Assembly (NCBI RefSeq): GCF_902459465.1
Contig: NC_047077.1
Location: 8,928,001 to 8,992,000, forward strand
Reading direction: 5' to 3'
DNA: 64,000 nt
From: Asterias rubens
Taxonomy: Eukaryota
Both the position numbers and the translations under genes were made by a program. The notes below the pieces were generated by a model. That model searched no databases. It had not been told where the DNA came from and was given only the letters and a program-made list of their open reading frames with translations. Shown here piece after piece: positions 35,301-48,300 of the stretch (its first letter is position 1; each line of letters starts with the position of its first letter).

Positions 35301-38300
35301 TTATTTTTTTACTGAATATTGTTCCTTCTCTCCAACAGACCCCTCTCCTCCCTGGATCAAGGAATGCCTTCCAACACCCACCCAATACACCGAACCCCGT
35401 ATACCAGTCACCCAGCCCCATATACATAACACACACTGTCTTTTGCACACAGAGTTGTGTAGGACTTCCTTTTGTTGTTCCATTGTTCCCCTTTTCCAAA
35501 GATTCACCTTGTGGGGGACCCAGTTTTGCAAAGAGAAACGTTGTGGGGACCTTTGTTCCATATGGTTAAAGCTCCCATTAGTTTTGTACACATCTCTCCA
35601 ACTTGGAACCTTAGTCTGTTAATTTACCCCACCAGGAACCCTGCTGTCCTCTTGATAAGGCCCCCTCTGAATGTGTAAACCTACATGTACCTCCCCCCAC
35701 ACACACAAACATGCACCCCAAACACTACTAAGCTTGTGTGATTCATATCTTTATGAAACATAGGACATACACTGTACATGTAACACATACCAGGATGATA
35801 CTTGTTCAAAATCACAGGCAGTTTCCCCATACTCTCCAGAAGCTCCATGCACTTTCCAGCTAAGAGAATCTCCTTCAAGACTGGCTGTAAGAACACAGGG
35901 ACAGCCACACCCTCCCCTCTGCTCCCCTGCATTCCACCCCCTTGCTGGTGTTGGTTTGCTCCAGACTTATGCACACTAGAATGGGACTGCTGAGTGGTAC
36001 CATGTTGATTCGAGGGATTGATAAAGACATGGAGGCTGAAGGCCTTCTGCCAGAAATCTGTAGACTTGACTGTTATTTCTGGATTTCTAAAAATAAAATG
36101 AGGTTCAAATTCTTTTATAAAGACCATTGCAGCAGCAGCTGCAAACTGTTTGCACAAAGTATTGTACCCCAAAGCCCATTCATGCCACAGTGGTTCGCAA
36201 ACGATTGCAATATTTAACCTACTTCACTTCATCAAAAGGGTTAAGCTTAAGATCATCCTAAATTGACTATTTCCATTATTCCCCATGTAACATAGTAAAT
36301 AAAATATAACTAATTGTACCTATATTTTGTTTTCTTTCCATGTGGAGTTATACGAATCCATTATTGTATTCAAGCTTCATCAAATTCACCACATAAAGTC
36401 ACAGTTAAAAACATCCCCAAATATATGTTATCTATCTGTAACAAAACATAAATATCGTAAAAGTAGAATTTGAAACTTTGCATGGTGGAACTACGATTTG
36501 AAAAGGTTTGCGGTAACACCATGTAATGATCTAATAATGACTATCTCTAAATGAGTTGGGGTGGTTCTGAAAAGAACAAACACAATGTGAAGATGAAAAG
36601 ATAGACAAACAGACAAACCACGGACCTCTTGATGACGAATTCTTGAGCTGGATCATACAGTGGTGAGCCTGAGAGCCACCGGTCTAGGAAGTTAATGTAG
36701 GGTCTTACAGTAACCAGCCACACTTGAAGCAACAACAACACCTGCAGTTAATGGATTGGATTCATAAAAACATATATTTAAAAAATGTGGTGTGTTGTAA
36801 TTGAGCAGGCCAGTTCACCGAACCCAAGCTCTGGTGTTGTCAGCAGCAGAGTGTGGGTTCGAATCCTGGTCGTGACGAAGTGTGAATTCAACAAAGTGCA
36901 TCGTATAAAGTTGGGAAGGTAGTGCATTCTGCTCTACCAACCAGGTTAATACCTATGCCGACATCCATACGGGCTGTGGAGGGGGACCCCTGTTTCAACC
37001 CCAGCAGTAGGTGACAATGTGCCCCTGGCGACAGTTGATTTGGGTCGATGAATGGATTTTCATGTATTGAGACTTACGTTTTGTTCAGCGGTCATCCCTT
37101 GTTCATATTCACGTTCAATCACATCATAAAGCGTGCAGAGCAAGAGCCATGTCCTCTCTACACAGCTGCTCCATGCCTGGCACGGACCAATGGCCGTCTG
37201 ATGGACTCTGGACAGGAGGGATAGCTTGGCAGTCCATGGGTCAAGAGTAGAGGCAAACTTGGATAAGGTCATGCTTGTTTCTGTACATTTGGCAATGATT
37301 ATTTATTTTTATTGATTTATTTATTCAAAGAAAGACTACATTACAATATACAGAAGACTTCAAAAAACAATCATGTTTGCTTATGTAGAATTGACAATGT
37401 TTATTTATTTATTCTATTTATTTATTCATTCAGGCTTTTAAATAAAACAGAACAATACAAAAATACTTAGATAAATAAACAGTACGAAAAACAGAGGGAT
37501 AATAATGGAGAAATACAAGAAAGAACAGCAGCCTAGGAATTGCCCAAAAGCAAACTAAATCACTAACTAAAAGAGCAATCCCCATAATATAGAAAGACCA
37601 CATCTGCCACTCTGATAACACAATAACTTAAGTCTCGTGCAGGTACTTTGTGACATGTTCGTTCTTTACAGTAGTAAATTTTTACCTTGTTTGACGATTT
37701 CCTTTTCCAGTACTGTCAGCTCTTTACGTAATTCCCACAGAATGACCGTCAAGGCCTCGGCTAAGCTCTCATAGGTCTGGCATCTTGTCTCACCATCATC
37801 TAATAACCCAAAAAATGTACAGAAATATAGATAGCCAGAGCCCAATTTCACAAACTTTTGAAGCACAAAAATCTGGTTTTGCTCAGCAGAAACAGGTTAC
37901 CAGCCGAAATACCACGCAATGTATACTGTTTGTGACTGGCTACCTGCCAATTTTTCCAACTTAAACCGAAAAATTTGCTAAGCACCATTTTTTGCTTTAT
38001 GAAATTTGACCAAGGTGTTTTTACTGGAGAACAGAAAGACTAATTTAGGCATTTTTAAAAGATTTACATGCCAAGCAAGTTATTTTTGGAGTTAGTAAAA
38101 TTGAGAGGGTGAAGCAGCTCTAATCTGAAGGAATAGGACAAAGTGTTCAGGGTATGTCTTTAAACCAACCTCCTATGGTTACACAGGCACCTCTCCTCAA
38201 CGCCCCCCCCCCCCCTATATCTCCTTCAATGTTCTTCCCTTGCTTTTTCTGAGTGCTTTCTGCCTTCATCTTTGTATTGTTTTTCACTTGACTGAGTTAC

Positions 38301-41300
38301 ACCAGCATACATGTTCATGTGTTGTCATTTAGCCTTTGAGAAAGACTCTGCTAGGGTTGAAACATCAGGCCATTAACTCTTTTTTCTTCACTTATACCTT
38401 TCTGAATGGAAAGCATCTACAACTCTTGTTTCTTTGTTAAGTTCTTAACAATGGGCCTTTTTCAAACCTTGTGTTAGGCTACAGCTCAAGCTCCAGGCTT
38501 TGCTTGGGTAGCAAAGCCCCATGCAAAATTAACACAATATATCTCAAAGTAAGCCAAAGCTCAAGTCTGAACCTAAACCTAGGTTTATAAAAGACCCAAT
38601 ATTTGCATGATGATACCTGTTGAGGCCTTAGGAATGTATCTCATCGGTGCAGCTCGGACCGTGTCAATAAATCCTTGTAGTCGTAGAACGTGTGAACAGA
38701 TCTCTGCAAGCCCAGAGGTCAAACTGTGAAGCGCCACCTAGAGGCCAATCATGGTCAAGAAAATAGCAGTCACATTCTAGGGAACTAATAATTGAAATAA
38801 CAGAAGCAGGGCCCAATTTCATAGCGCTGCTTAACGGTAAGCAAATTTGCGTGCTTACTGTAGCAGAAAAATTTGCTTAAGCCATATTGCGTGTTTGCGT
38901 GGATTTGCATGTGACGTCATTTATTTTCGTGCGGTAAGCACCGGTAGGTTAGCATGCCTTTTCGTGTGCTTACGGTTAGCAGCGCTATGAAATAGGGCCC
39001 TGTACATGTGTGTACTTTCTAGACAACAGTAATAATAAGTGTTTGGCTTGCTCTCTGTTCACTTTTAAAAACTTATACATTACATCTTTTTTTACAGTAT
39101 AGACTATATAGTTGTGCTATTAGGCCCTTTGTGGTAATGTTTAAAATGCACTACATGTATACAGGTATATGGCTATTGTTATTAATGCAGAATACAGAAA
39201 TAGAAACTGCCCGGTAGGTTTTGAAGAGTGCTGGGGGGGGGGGTCTGCCCCTTTTCCAGGTGACCATCTCATCATAACATCATCTTTTACAATGTATGTG
39301 GAAACCTTCTAAACCTCTTGATGAGCACCACATAACAAAAGCGATACGATTGGTTTAATAAACTGCAGCTCAGTTCATACTTCAAGCATATGTAATTGTG
39401 ACGCCACAGCTCTAATTTCGCAACTGTTCTCCCAGGGTTGAGCCAGTAAATCGACAAATTATGTCAGGAAAGAACACTGATATCTAAAAGGTTTTACCGG
39501 GGTGAGATGTGAGACTTGCACATCAGTCCTTGCAGTGAATTTATCCCCCTGGGTTTGATACAGGAAGGATTTCTCAGCTCCCATTAAGACCCTGTTAAAT
39601 AAAAGGAATAGACAAAAAAAAGGGAAGGGTAATGTTTGCAGAAATGTATTTGAGTAGGTCACAACATCACTGAATCCAGGTCGTGACACTTGTATCCCTG
39701 AGCAAGACACTTAACTATAATTGCTTCTCTCCACCCAGGGGTAAATGGGTACCTGTGAGGGCAGAGATGGTTCTTGTGATTGGTTTAGCCATGTAGCGCA
39801 TATAATTGTCGCACAGGCTGTATACTCCCCAGGGAGCTGAGATGGTTTAAGGAATGATTTAAGGCCCAGTGACCAGGGGTAATAAAGTCAAAAGCGCTTT
39901 GAGACACCCCGTGAAAAAGTGCTATATAAAAACTGTGTATTATTATTATTATTATAACAATACAGATGCCACATGAAAATCTTGTATTTTAACTTTTATT
40001 TAGGCCCAATGCTTGATGGGGACAATGGAGGGACTTGCCTCCATCCCCCTGGTTATTCCCTTGGTGCCCCTTAAAACGTTCCAGTAGGATGGTTAAATTA
40101 TGGAGGAAGGAAATGGTTAAGGGAAAACATAATTTGAGTCTCACCAAATTGTCTCTCTGATAACATGCGTCTCTGTCAGGTTGTACTTGCCTTCAGTCGA
40201 TGGGTAGGGACTACACTGATCTTCGTAGCATCTCCTGATTTAGAAAATGCAAAAAGTATTTTTATATATTTTTTTCACGGCACTTGCAAAAAAGTTGAGA
40301 TAATACAGTGCTTTACACACAACGGTGTTTGGATACAACCAATAACAAAAGATATTACTCATTCACAGACTTGTCCCATCTGTGACTGGCAGTTGTGCTG
40401 GTGACTGGTATCCTGCTCAGTTGTACTATGCAGGGCATTTTTAAGCGAATATTTTCTGCTTAGACAGCAGCTCTATGAAATTGGGCCTCAGGCCCTGTCT
40501 TCACTTTGCGGTTTAAATGACCTGGCTAGGACCATTTTACAGGTTTGACCGAGACATGTTATTATATCAATTGTTCCTGAGAAAATGGTACAACATTTTT
40601 GTCCAAGTAAAAGGGCTGACAGACATGTTCATGAGGTAAAGGCTTTAGTAGACATGTAAGCTATTTTGTAAGCTATTGTCAGAGTATTCCAAGGGCAAAA
40701 ATATCAGATATAAGATTAAAATAGGAAGAAAATCACTTATGCTTATCTCATGGGACCTATTCTTTCCAAGACTTGACAAAAATATAAATAACTTAGCGTT
40801 AATATCTACAGGAAGGTTTACCATGTACTGGCTGTCCTCGTTGCATTGTGGGACCCCTGTATCGTCTGGTCCACATCACCGTTCCAATACTGCGCAACGA
40901 CATTCCTCTCCAGCCAACTCCTACCACAATGCCCCTCTCCGAATCCCCTACTGCTGATTGGACGGCCAGTGGCATCATGGCCAATCAGACGTCTTGATGA
41001 AACGGGGCTCGTTTCTGATTGGTCAGCTTGAATCGCAGAGTCATCAAGGACCTCCTCATCAGACCACTCCTGATAAACCAAAAAAATCAATTCTTAAAAA
41101 ATCAAATCAAAATTTTAAATCACAATACAAGATCTCTGTTTAATTCTGTCTATCTTGCTCAACAAACAGTTATCTAAATAAAAAATGAAGTAACCACAAG
41201 GGAAACTAATTGACGCAGTCAGTTTCCCATTTTGGTTTATTTTCAGTCCCCTAACAATGACTAGAGCAAGCTAGTCGAAATGTTGAGACCAATTAAAGAA

Positions 41301-41918
41301 CTCACTTCACAGTAATGAAATTAATAACAATCCACTGTAAGCTTTAGTAGAAGTCCCAGCCGATTTTTTACCTTTCGCCCAGCAGGACAGTTCTTCTCAA
41401 AACTGAGAAGTCTCCCAAATAATCCTACACAAATCTACTCTGCGGTAGAAGAATACATGGCAAGACAGTTCTCTAAGGAACAAACTCTACCTCGCAAATA
41501 GATCAGGGTGCTACATAAGATTATATATTATATTATAATTCAATTATAATTAAATCCTATACTCAGAATTGGAATAATTTTGTTTACATCTGACGATGAA
41601 TCGTGGAAGTTAGGCACTGGTGCTAGACCCTCCTGTAGGTATTTTCCCCAGTCAAAATCATCTCCAGCTTCTGTATTTAGAAAACAGACAAGATGGTCAA
41701 ATAATGATAGTTTGCAACCACATGTACTTAATTAGTCTCAACAACCCAAACTGGTTTCAAGTAGTCGGTCAAGTACCTGGAAAAGAAAGCAGGTTTTGTT
41801 GTATAGACCCTAGTATAAAAATGAAGTTTTCAGGAATTAAAGGGGAGACATACATTTTATATTTCAAGTATATGTTAAAAGCGTCATGAGCGTCACTGAG
41901 TGACGGAATGTGTGCCAC

Positions 41919-41949
<31 letters not shown>

Positions 41950-44900
41950 GTTATTACTGCACATGTGCGTTCTCCCTCCTTTTCCATAGAGATTGCACAC
42001 ACTCAACCTGTAATTTTAGAAAGTGTTCATAATTCTGTGTACAGCCACAGGTCTTCTTTGATTATGACAGCCCCCTGGAAAGTGCGCAACGTAGGATATC
42101 AACTTCATATTTCAACCGTGACACAATGTTGATATGACTACTCACTTTGTTTTGGGACACGTTGAGTTTCTGTGTAGTCTGCATTCACAGGGCAGTCAGA
42201 AAGATGACACAAGACAGAAAGAACTGAATAATGGGCGTCAGTCTGAGCAGGAACACAGAATACAAATATTATTATTATTTATTTGGTCAAATTGCTCAAA
42301 ATACAAACAAAATACAAAGTAAGAAATGCTATACATCAAGGACAGTCAAGTTGAAAGACAAACTGTAAAACAAATACCAATCAAACAGAATCTAGATTTA
42401 TTGGAGGTACAGTAGATAATAATGATGGGTGATGAGGGAATAATATGGAAAGGGAGTCAGTGGATTGGGGAAGAGGGCAAAATCGGAGAAAGTTCAACAA
42501 GCAGAGAAAAAACAATCCAATCTAAGATTGCCCAGATGAACGTAAGTAGTTGGTAACAAGAAATAATTTAACAAACAAAAACTATTCCTATAAAATACAA
42601 GTAGGCTTAATGTGTGAAATTCAAACATATTATCTGAAAGTTAAAAATGCTTTAAAATATGTAATTTCCTGCAATTGGTTTAATCACTCTAATACAATTG
42701 GTAACATTTTACAGTGAATTCTGCAACAATCAGAAACAATATAAAATGCTTCACTTCACAATGCAACAGAAACCTCTGATTGCATTTTGATGCATTGTCA
42801 AATGTCAGACACAATTGTAAAGAGTATAGACCTACTACATACATGACATGTACAATGTACCTTTGCAACGTTGTTCTTCTCTGACAGAGGAAGTTGAAGG
42901 AACTTGTCTGTAAGTTTCTGGAAAGACTCAGCTTTGTCAAGGTGGGAATGGATCTCAAACTTCTGCTTCAATCTGGAGTTTTAATAATCAATCAAAAATT
43001 AAAGGTAGGGTCATAGATTGGGAAGTATTGAACAAATTGATGACCCCAAAAACTTCCTAGGGAAAGCACACTGAAGCTGTTGATGGTATAAAACTATTTT
43101 GAGAAAGGATTCCCCTAAAAAAATGTTTGGATATTTGTTCACTGTAAATCATATAAATCTGAGGAGTAATTCTGGCAGGAATAGTTTCTCGCGTTTCTGA
43201 GAGTTTGTGTCTATTCGAGAAGGATGCAGTTAGAGATGCGGCTGGTACCCGCTTTCACCTTGCTAAACATGGATGGATTTGAAGTTCTTGTGAAAATACT
43301 TTGAAAGTTTTGTTGCTGTTTCCAAAGCACGTACACACTGCATTCAGCAGGAACTTTTACCATGTTTACAGGTAGCTTTTAATCCTTTATCTTTCTTTAT
43401 AATAATTGCCTGTAAATCAGACGTATATTGACAACAACCAATCTATGACCCTCCATTAACCTTTAAAGGCAGTTCTTGTATCAGTTTGCAAAATGAGATA
43501 TAAGTTATTGTGTGGCATAACTGTAGTAAAATAAACATGTAATTGGGTTTGAAGAGAAAAAAACGGTCTCAAAATCAAGTTACCCTTTGATCTTTTTGGT
43601 GATTTTGTGACTGTCAACATCCAAGTATCGATGGAATTTGAAGTTGGACAGAGCAAAATGGAACGAGCGCTGGAAATTCTCACTTGGATCCTGTTAACAA
43701 ATAAGCAGTAAGAAAAATATTGAAGTTTCAATTAAGGAGGAAAATTGCAGATATGGACTACAATAATATAAAATATAACAAAATGAGTTATGTTGTTACC
43801 TGTAACCAGGCCAACCGTTCAAAAACCTGCTTTTAGCATATTGAAAATGTTTTAAATGAAAAGTGTCACTTTGGCTGCTCCTGCAGATTGAGATTGAGAT
43901 TTAAATGAAATATTTGTTATAGGGTCAGGGTTTGATTTCCCAAGATTGATCTTAACTGCAAATCAATCCCTAGTAATTGCTAAAGGTTGATGTACCAATA
44001 AAAAAATAACTAAAAATGTTATCCTGATATTAAAAAACCCTCATCTTAACATGAATCTAAGTGCTCTGTTTTTAAATTCAAACAAAAATGAATTAAAGTT
44101 TTTAAAAATTCCATCAGCTTATCCCCATCCTGCTTAATTTTCATAATTTATTTTAATTTTTTCATTGGATTGTGGTATTTCCTTGCTTTGTTAATGTTAC
44201 TAGTTACATGCTTTTTAATCAATCTAAAATTTTTGTTATGCGCTTGTGTACATTTGATGGAATAGGCGCAATAAATCAGATACAATTCTTCTTCTTATTT
44301 ATTCCTGAGCTTACAAATACAAAACTAACTCATCAGGTTTCGACGTCAACTGACAATCCCGAACAATGTCAACTCACCAAAAAGGTTTAGGGCTAAATGG
44401 ATCTGGTCAAACCAAGGTCGCAAGGAGTATGACTACAACAATAACAATGTTTGAATGGTTTGTTTTGAGAGAGCTTGTTGGTTGCAAGCTGTTGCCAGCT
44501 TGCTTCAAGTAAGTCAAGTAAGTCAAGTTCCATTGATTAATATAATTAATTGTAAACAAGCAACAAGAAAGAAAAAGCAGACTCAAACAAGAACAAACGG
44601 AACCGAACAAACAAACAAAAACACAAACAAACAGGCAGACAAACAACAAAACAAACACCACAACACCATTTGACAAACTAAACAGAGCTTCAAACCTAAG
44701 CTAATCATGGAGGTAGCCAATAAATAAAGTAAACTTTACTTTATGAAACAAGTTTTATTTAGAAATAGCAGTTAGTACTTAGTAACTTTTTATTTGGAAG
44801 TATCTGTATCTGTATCAGTGTTAGCTACTGTGCAAACTCTCTGGATATCTCGCACAGGGCGCAGTCAAGGTGCAAAGCAGCTTAGTAATCTGAAAGGGCC

Positions 44901-45246
44901 CCCCGTGTCATTTGAAGAAGATTGCTATTTTGGGTTCTAGACTTTAAGATTTGGGTAATCTTCCGGTCGTCGCCACCAATTTATCCGCCGTTAATTAACT
45001 CCAAAACCACTGAATTTTTTTCTTACCTTAGAAGAAGGGTTGACACTTCATGACAGTTCAATTCAAGTAATGAGTGCAAATGACACGAAACAGCTTTGTA
45101 ATTAAATCACTACAGTTGTATTTGTTACATCTACTGCAATACGAATTATTCAAATCCAATAATTAAAGACTACCTACCGTAAACCCCGTCAAATTCTCGA
45201 TTAATTTCTTTGCTTCTTCTTCAACTAAACTTGAAGTCTGCGCCAT
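29342..45246 (-). CDS. TUBGCP5: Gamma-tubulin complex component 5, 22 exons, about 1055 aa
   Basis: Exons (minus): 45178-45246, 43584-43690, 42861-42972, 42146-42242, 41588-41670, 40822-41069, 40145-40234, 39498-39591, 38617-38737, 37686-37799, 37078-37280, 36626-36741, 35791-36086, 34995-35280, 34449-34626, 33646-33809, 33136-33226, 32845-32965, 31593-31780, 30276-30490, 29735-29835, 29342-29415; total 3168 nt, phases consistent. GCP5-specific motifs include FHRYLDVDSHKI, DFDWGKYL, TETHVIRETIW, VPWPLDIII...YNQVFRFLLQVKRAKYSLDQL, ILHSTGLEFQ and GAFPHLEALALSL. Confidence 0.95.
31122..31517 (+). mobile_element. MITE family 1 in a TUBGCP5 intron
   Basis: Both TIRs and TTAA are present. Confidence 0.85.
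31852..32010 (-). pseudogene. Tandem partial duplicate of the 5' part of TUBGCP5 exon 19 with its acceptor destroyed
   Basis: Aligns to 31658-31851 with an internal deletion. The acceptor cttag has become cttgg on the minus strand. Confidence 0.75.
32172..32566. mobile_element. TTAA-flanked MITE family 3
   Basis: ttaaagatcctatgtcagatttttggcc / ggccaaaaatctgacattatagcatctttaa. Confidence 0.75.
33899..34371. mobile_element. Probable further TTAA-flanked MITE with weak TIRs
   Basis: ttaaagacctgcttgaacgaaaatg versus cattccgctcaggtagctgtttaa (imperfect). Confidence 0.4.
36790..37045 (+). mobile_element. tRNA-derived SINE
   Basis: B-box-like gggttcgaatcc. The 3' part matches the minus-strand SINE at 14017-14164 plus 15122-15170. 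Confidence 0.65.
38807..39002. mobile_element. Palindromic MITE (cagggcccaatttcat family)
   Basis: cagggcccaatttcatagcgctgct / agcagcgctatgaaatagggccctg. Confidence 0.8.
39655..39955 (+). mobile_element. SINE with a conserved core and an L2-like (att)n tail
   Basis: ctgagcaagacacttaac...ctctccacccaggggtaaatgggtacc core; tail aagcgctttgag...gtgctatataaaa followed by (tat)n. Confidence 0.7.
42999..43466. mobile_element. TTAA-flanked MITE family 4
   Basis: ttaaaggtagggtcatagattgg / ccaatctatgaccctcc...cctttaa. Confidence 0.7.
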
Positions 45247-45399
45247 TGTTTACCTCAAATAATCATTAGCTGGTAGTCGCGCTGACGTACACAAAACGTG
45301 CATTCGCCATGATTTAGCACAGGCTACCAATGAAACGAGATATTTAGGGCGCCCTCTATTGACCCTAATTGAACGGTCTCTTGATTATCGTCTACCATC
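45247..45399. promoter_or_regulatory. Compact bidirectional promoter region between TUBGCP5 and RPS8
   Basis: Divergent ATGs at 45246 (-) and 45400 (+) are separated by 153 bp. The interval contains tagggcgccctc (45345) and a short pyrimidine run tctctt (45377) that may be a TCT/TOP start. Confidence 0.7.
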
Positions 45400-48300
45400 A
45401 TGGGTATGTTCATGCAAATTATGGTCACAAATATCCATCATAATCGTTGTTTTATAAATACTTAATGATGATTTAGACATCATTTTGCGAATTAATGTTG
45501 TGTAAACTTCACATTGAATTCATTTTGTTGTATTAAATATCGTTGATTAAGTGTTGTTCTTGTGTTTAATTTTCTATAAGTTTATGCGTTGAACGGTGTA
45601 TTGCGGAACCGTGTATTGTAATTTACGTAGTGAGGCATTGGATACACAACGAATACGATTTATTTATCGTTTACAAATTATTCGTGTTTAGCCTTAGGTC
45701 TGTCATTTAAACACTTAATCGTTATCAATGACCGGCCATCTTATTTTGGTCAGAACAAGGTTGACATTTTGGTATAAACTTGTTACTTTTTTTACATTGA
45801 TAAGGCTGGCTGGATGGGAGGAGTTTCAGAATCGGATAACTAACTGCACGGTTTTAAAAACCTGTGTGTTCTTGTCGTGTCACATGTTTTTGATGTGGTT
45901 CTGCTCTGAAAAAGATTGAACTTTGGAAATGCAGAGGGAGGCCAGGATGTTTCTAAAAACCTCTGACTTTTGGCACAAGCGTGACTAGCTCAGCTTTTAT
46001 GCTGACTGTTTTTGTTTTTGTTGTTTTCCTTTTTTTGGGGGGGGGGGGGCTGGAAATGTGGCTGTCTGATTTAGGCATCTTTTCCTATCTTTTTGGATCA
46101 AGATCTGATCCGTTCAGTGTGGACAAATCGTTGGAAATCTTTCCATTTCCGGCCACCTCTTTTCCGCTTTTTTTTTTACAAAAAAAAGAAATGTCTCATT
46201 TTATTTTTTATTCATATTATAGGGCCTATATACTTTTTAGTTTCATAAAAAAAAAGTGGTAGGCCTAAGATACAGAGTCTTTTCCAAAATTATTTCATCT
46301 TATTCATGCAAAATATTTCAAAGTAGAGTAATCAAGATTTTCTTGGCTTTAAATGATTGAAAAGAGGCAAAGCATCTACTTTAAGTAAACAGAACGTAGT
46401 AATTCACAACCAAGATATCTGTCAATATTCGTGGTGAAGTTGAAACTCCAGACATGATGTTAAGTTACAACTACTGAGGCAGAATGATGCAAACGATTAG
46501 TCTTTCTGAGGGCTGCCTGCCGTATTGGCATTAAAGGTTGTTCCATTGAAGACACGTCATAGTTACACTGACTGCCACAAGTTCAACTAATTTTTATCCA
46601 AACGTAAGTCTTGCTACATAGACTCTTTTAATCATATTTTTATTTTTTCCTCCCGTCGACTTATCCAGGTATCTCCAGGGACAGGTGGCACAAAAGACGA
46701 AAGACTGGTGGCCGTCGGGCCCCTCTTCGTAAGAAGAGAAAGTTCGAGTTGGGTCGCCCGGCTGCTATGACCAAGGTATACTCAAATTTAGTTCTACAGA
46801 CAACACACTCCCACCCCACTCCCAAAAGAGTGTACTGTGGTTGGCAGTCTTCTGGTACAGCGGTAGTTGCAGGCTTCGATTTATAGATAGCCCCAGAATA
46901 CTAGATCAGGCCTCAAATTTCCCGATTTTTAGGGCAAGGCCACTTTGGCCTTGAATTTGTCAAATTTTGAAAGGGCACCAAGGCCATGGGGTAGGGCACC
47001 AAGGCCAACTTAAAATTTCAAAAAGGGCATCAAGGCCATAAAAAATAAAGATCATGAAACAATTTCTGTTCAGGTCCATGAAGGCTATTTTAATGAACCA
47101 TTTCATTACTTTTGCTTTCCTTTAACAAAAAAACATCAAGTATTTTTAAATGTATTTAATTTTATTGATTAATGGGAAGTAAAAGTATGCATCCATTTTT
47201 TGTTGCGATGGCCAGACGTAAACAATGAACTGTCACTTAACTGTGTGCAGCGGAGATTTTGTTGCGACGGCCCGGACGTAAACAATGAGCTGTCACTTGA
47301 CTGTGTGCAGAGCGGAGATTTATTCAACGGACATACATGTACATGTACCATACATGTACATGTACCTTCATGTACATGATGCGTGATTTACGTAACATGG
47401 CCCACGTGCACAAACATGTACGAGTACCAGTGAACAAGCACAATACCAGTGGAATAGGCGGACGCCCAACCTCGAATGGAACCGAAATTGTGATTAGCTG
47501 GTACCCATCATGGACAACCTTACGTGGGTACGCGTGTTGCAAGATGAGTACCAGTGCGATTGTTCTCAAATGGTCGTTGCAAGTACATCCGGCCCGTGTA
47601 TAAACTTCGAGTACACAATGTCTATATGGATGCACGTCTGTCGTTCGTTAGTTCTGCATCGTGCACACACACACATGCACTGCATGGATATGCTGCCGTC
47701 CGTTTAAATTCCGTGTGATGAGCATTCAACCGACCGCGCTCTGTGTGCGTGTATTAATATAGAATGTACGTATGTAAGTGTGTGATTTTATGTGCACACA
47801 GACGGATGGTGGTGTATCAAAACATAAATTTTGATCTCAAAAAGGGCACGGCGGCCATCAGAGAAAAAGGGCACGGCCTTTTTGGCCGCGAAAATGTCCG
47901 ATTTTCTCGGGGCACCACGGCCAGTAAGCAGGGCACCGGCGGCCATGGCCGTCGTGGCCGCCGGGAAATTTGAGGCCTGCTAGATTCAATTTTGGTGGGC
48001 GGAATGATGTATGTTTGATTAGTCTTTCCGAGGGACTGCCTACTAGGCGGCTCCGTTGAAGACATAGTTACACTGACTGCCCCCAAGCTTGATTTAATGC
48101 CACAATGACCCACTATCTAAAAGCTCTGCTATAGAAGAGAGCATTTTTATCTGAGCACAGGTCAGGTGTTGGCAGGAAACCAGTCCTGAGTGGTCAATGC
48201 ATTGTATTTTGGTTGATTACCCATTCTTGTTTTGTGGACATGGCAAAAGTTTTGACTGTTGATGTCATTGTTTGGAAACTGAAAAACTGGTATTGGAACT

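Noticed and set aside
36830-36875. gggttcgaatcc as a tRNA gene
   Set aside because: No cloverleaf; it continues into a SINE body shared with other copies.
46454-46477. Tiny atgatg...ctga element just upstream of snoRNA copy 1
   Set aside because: Too short for a C/D snoRNA, with no terminal stem or recognisable guide.
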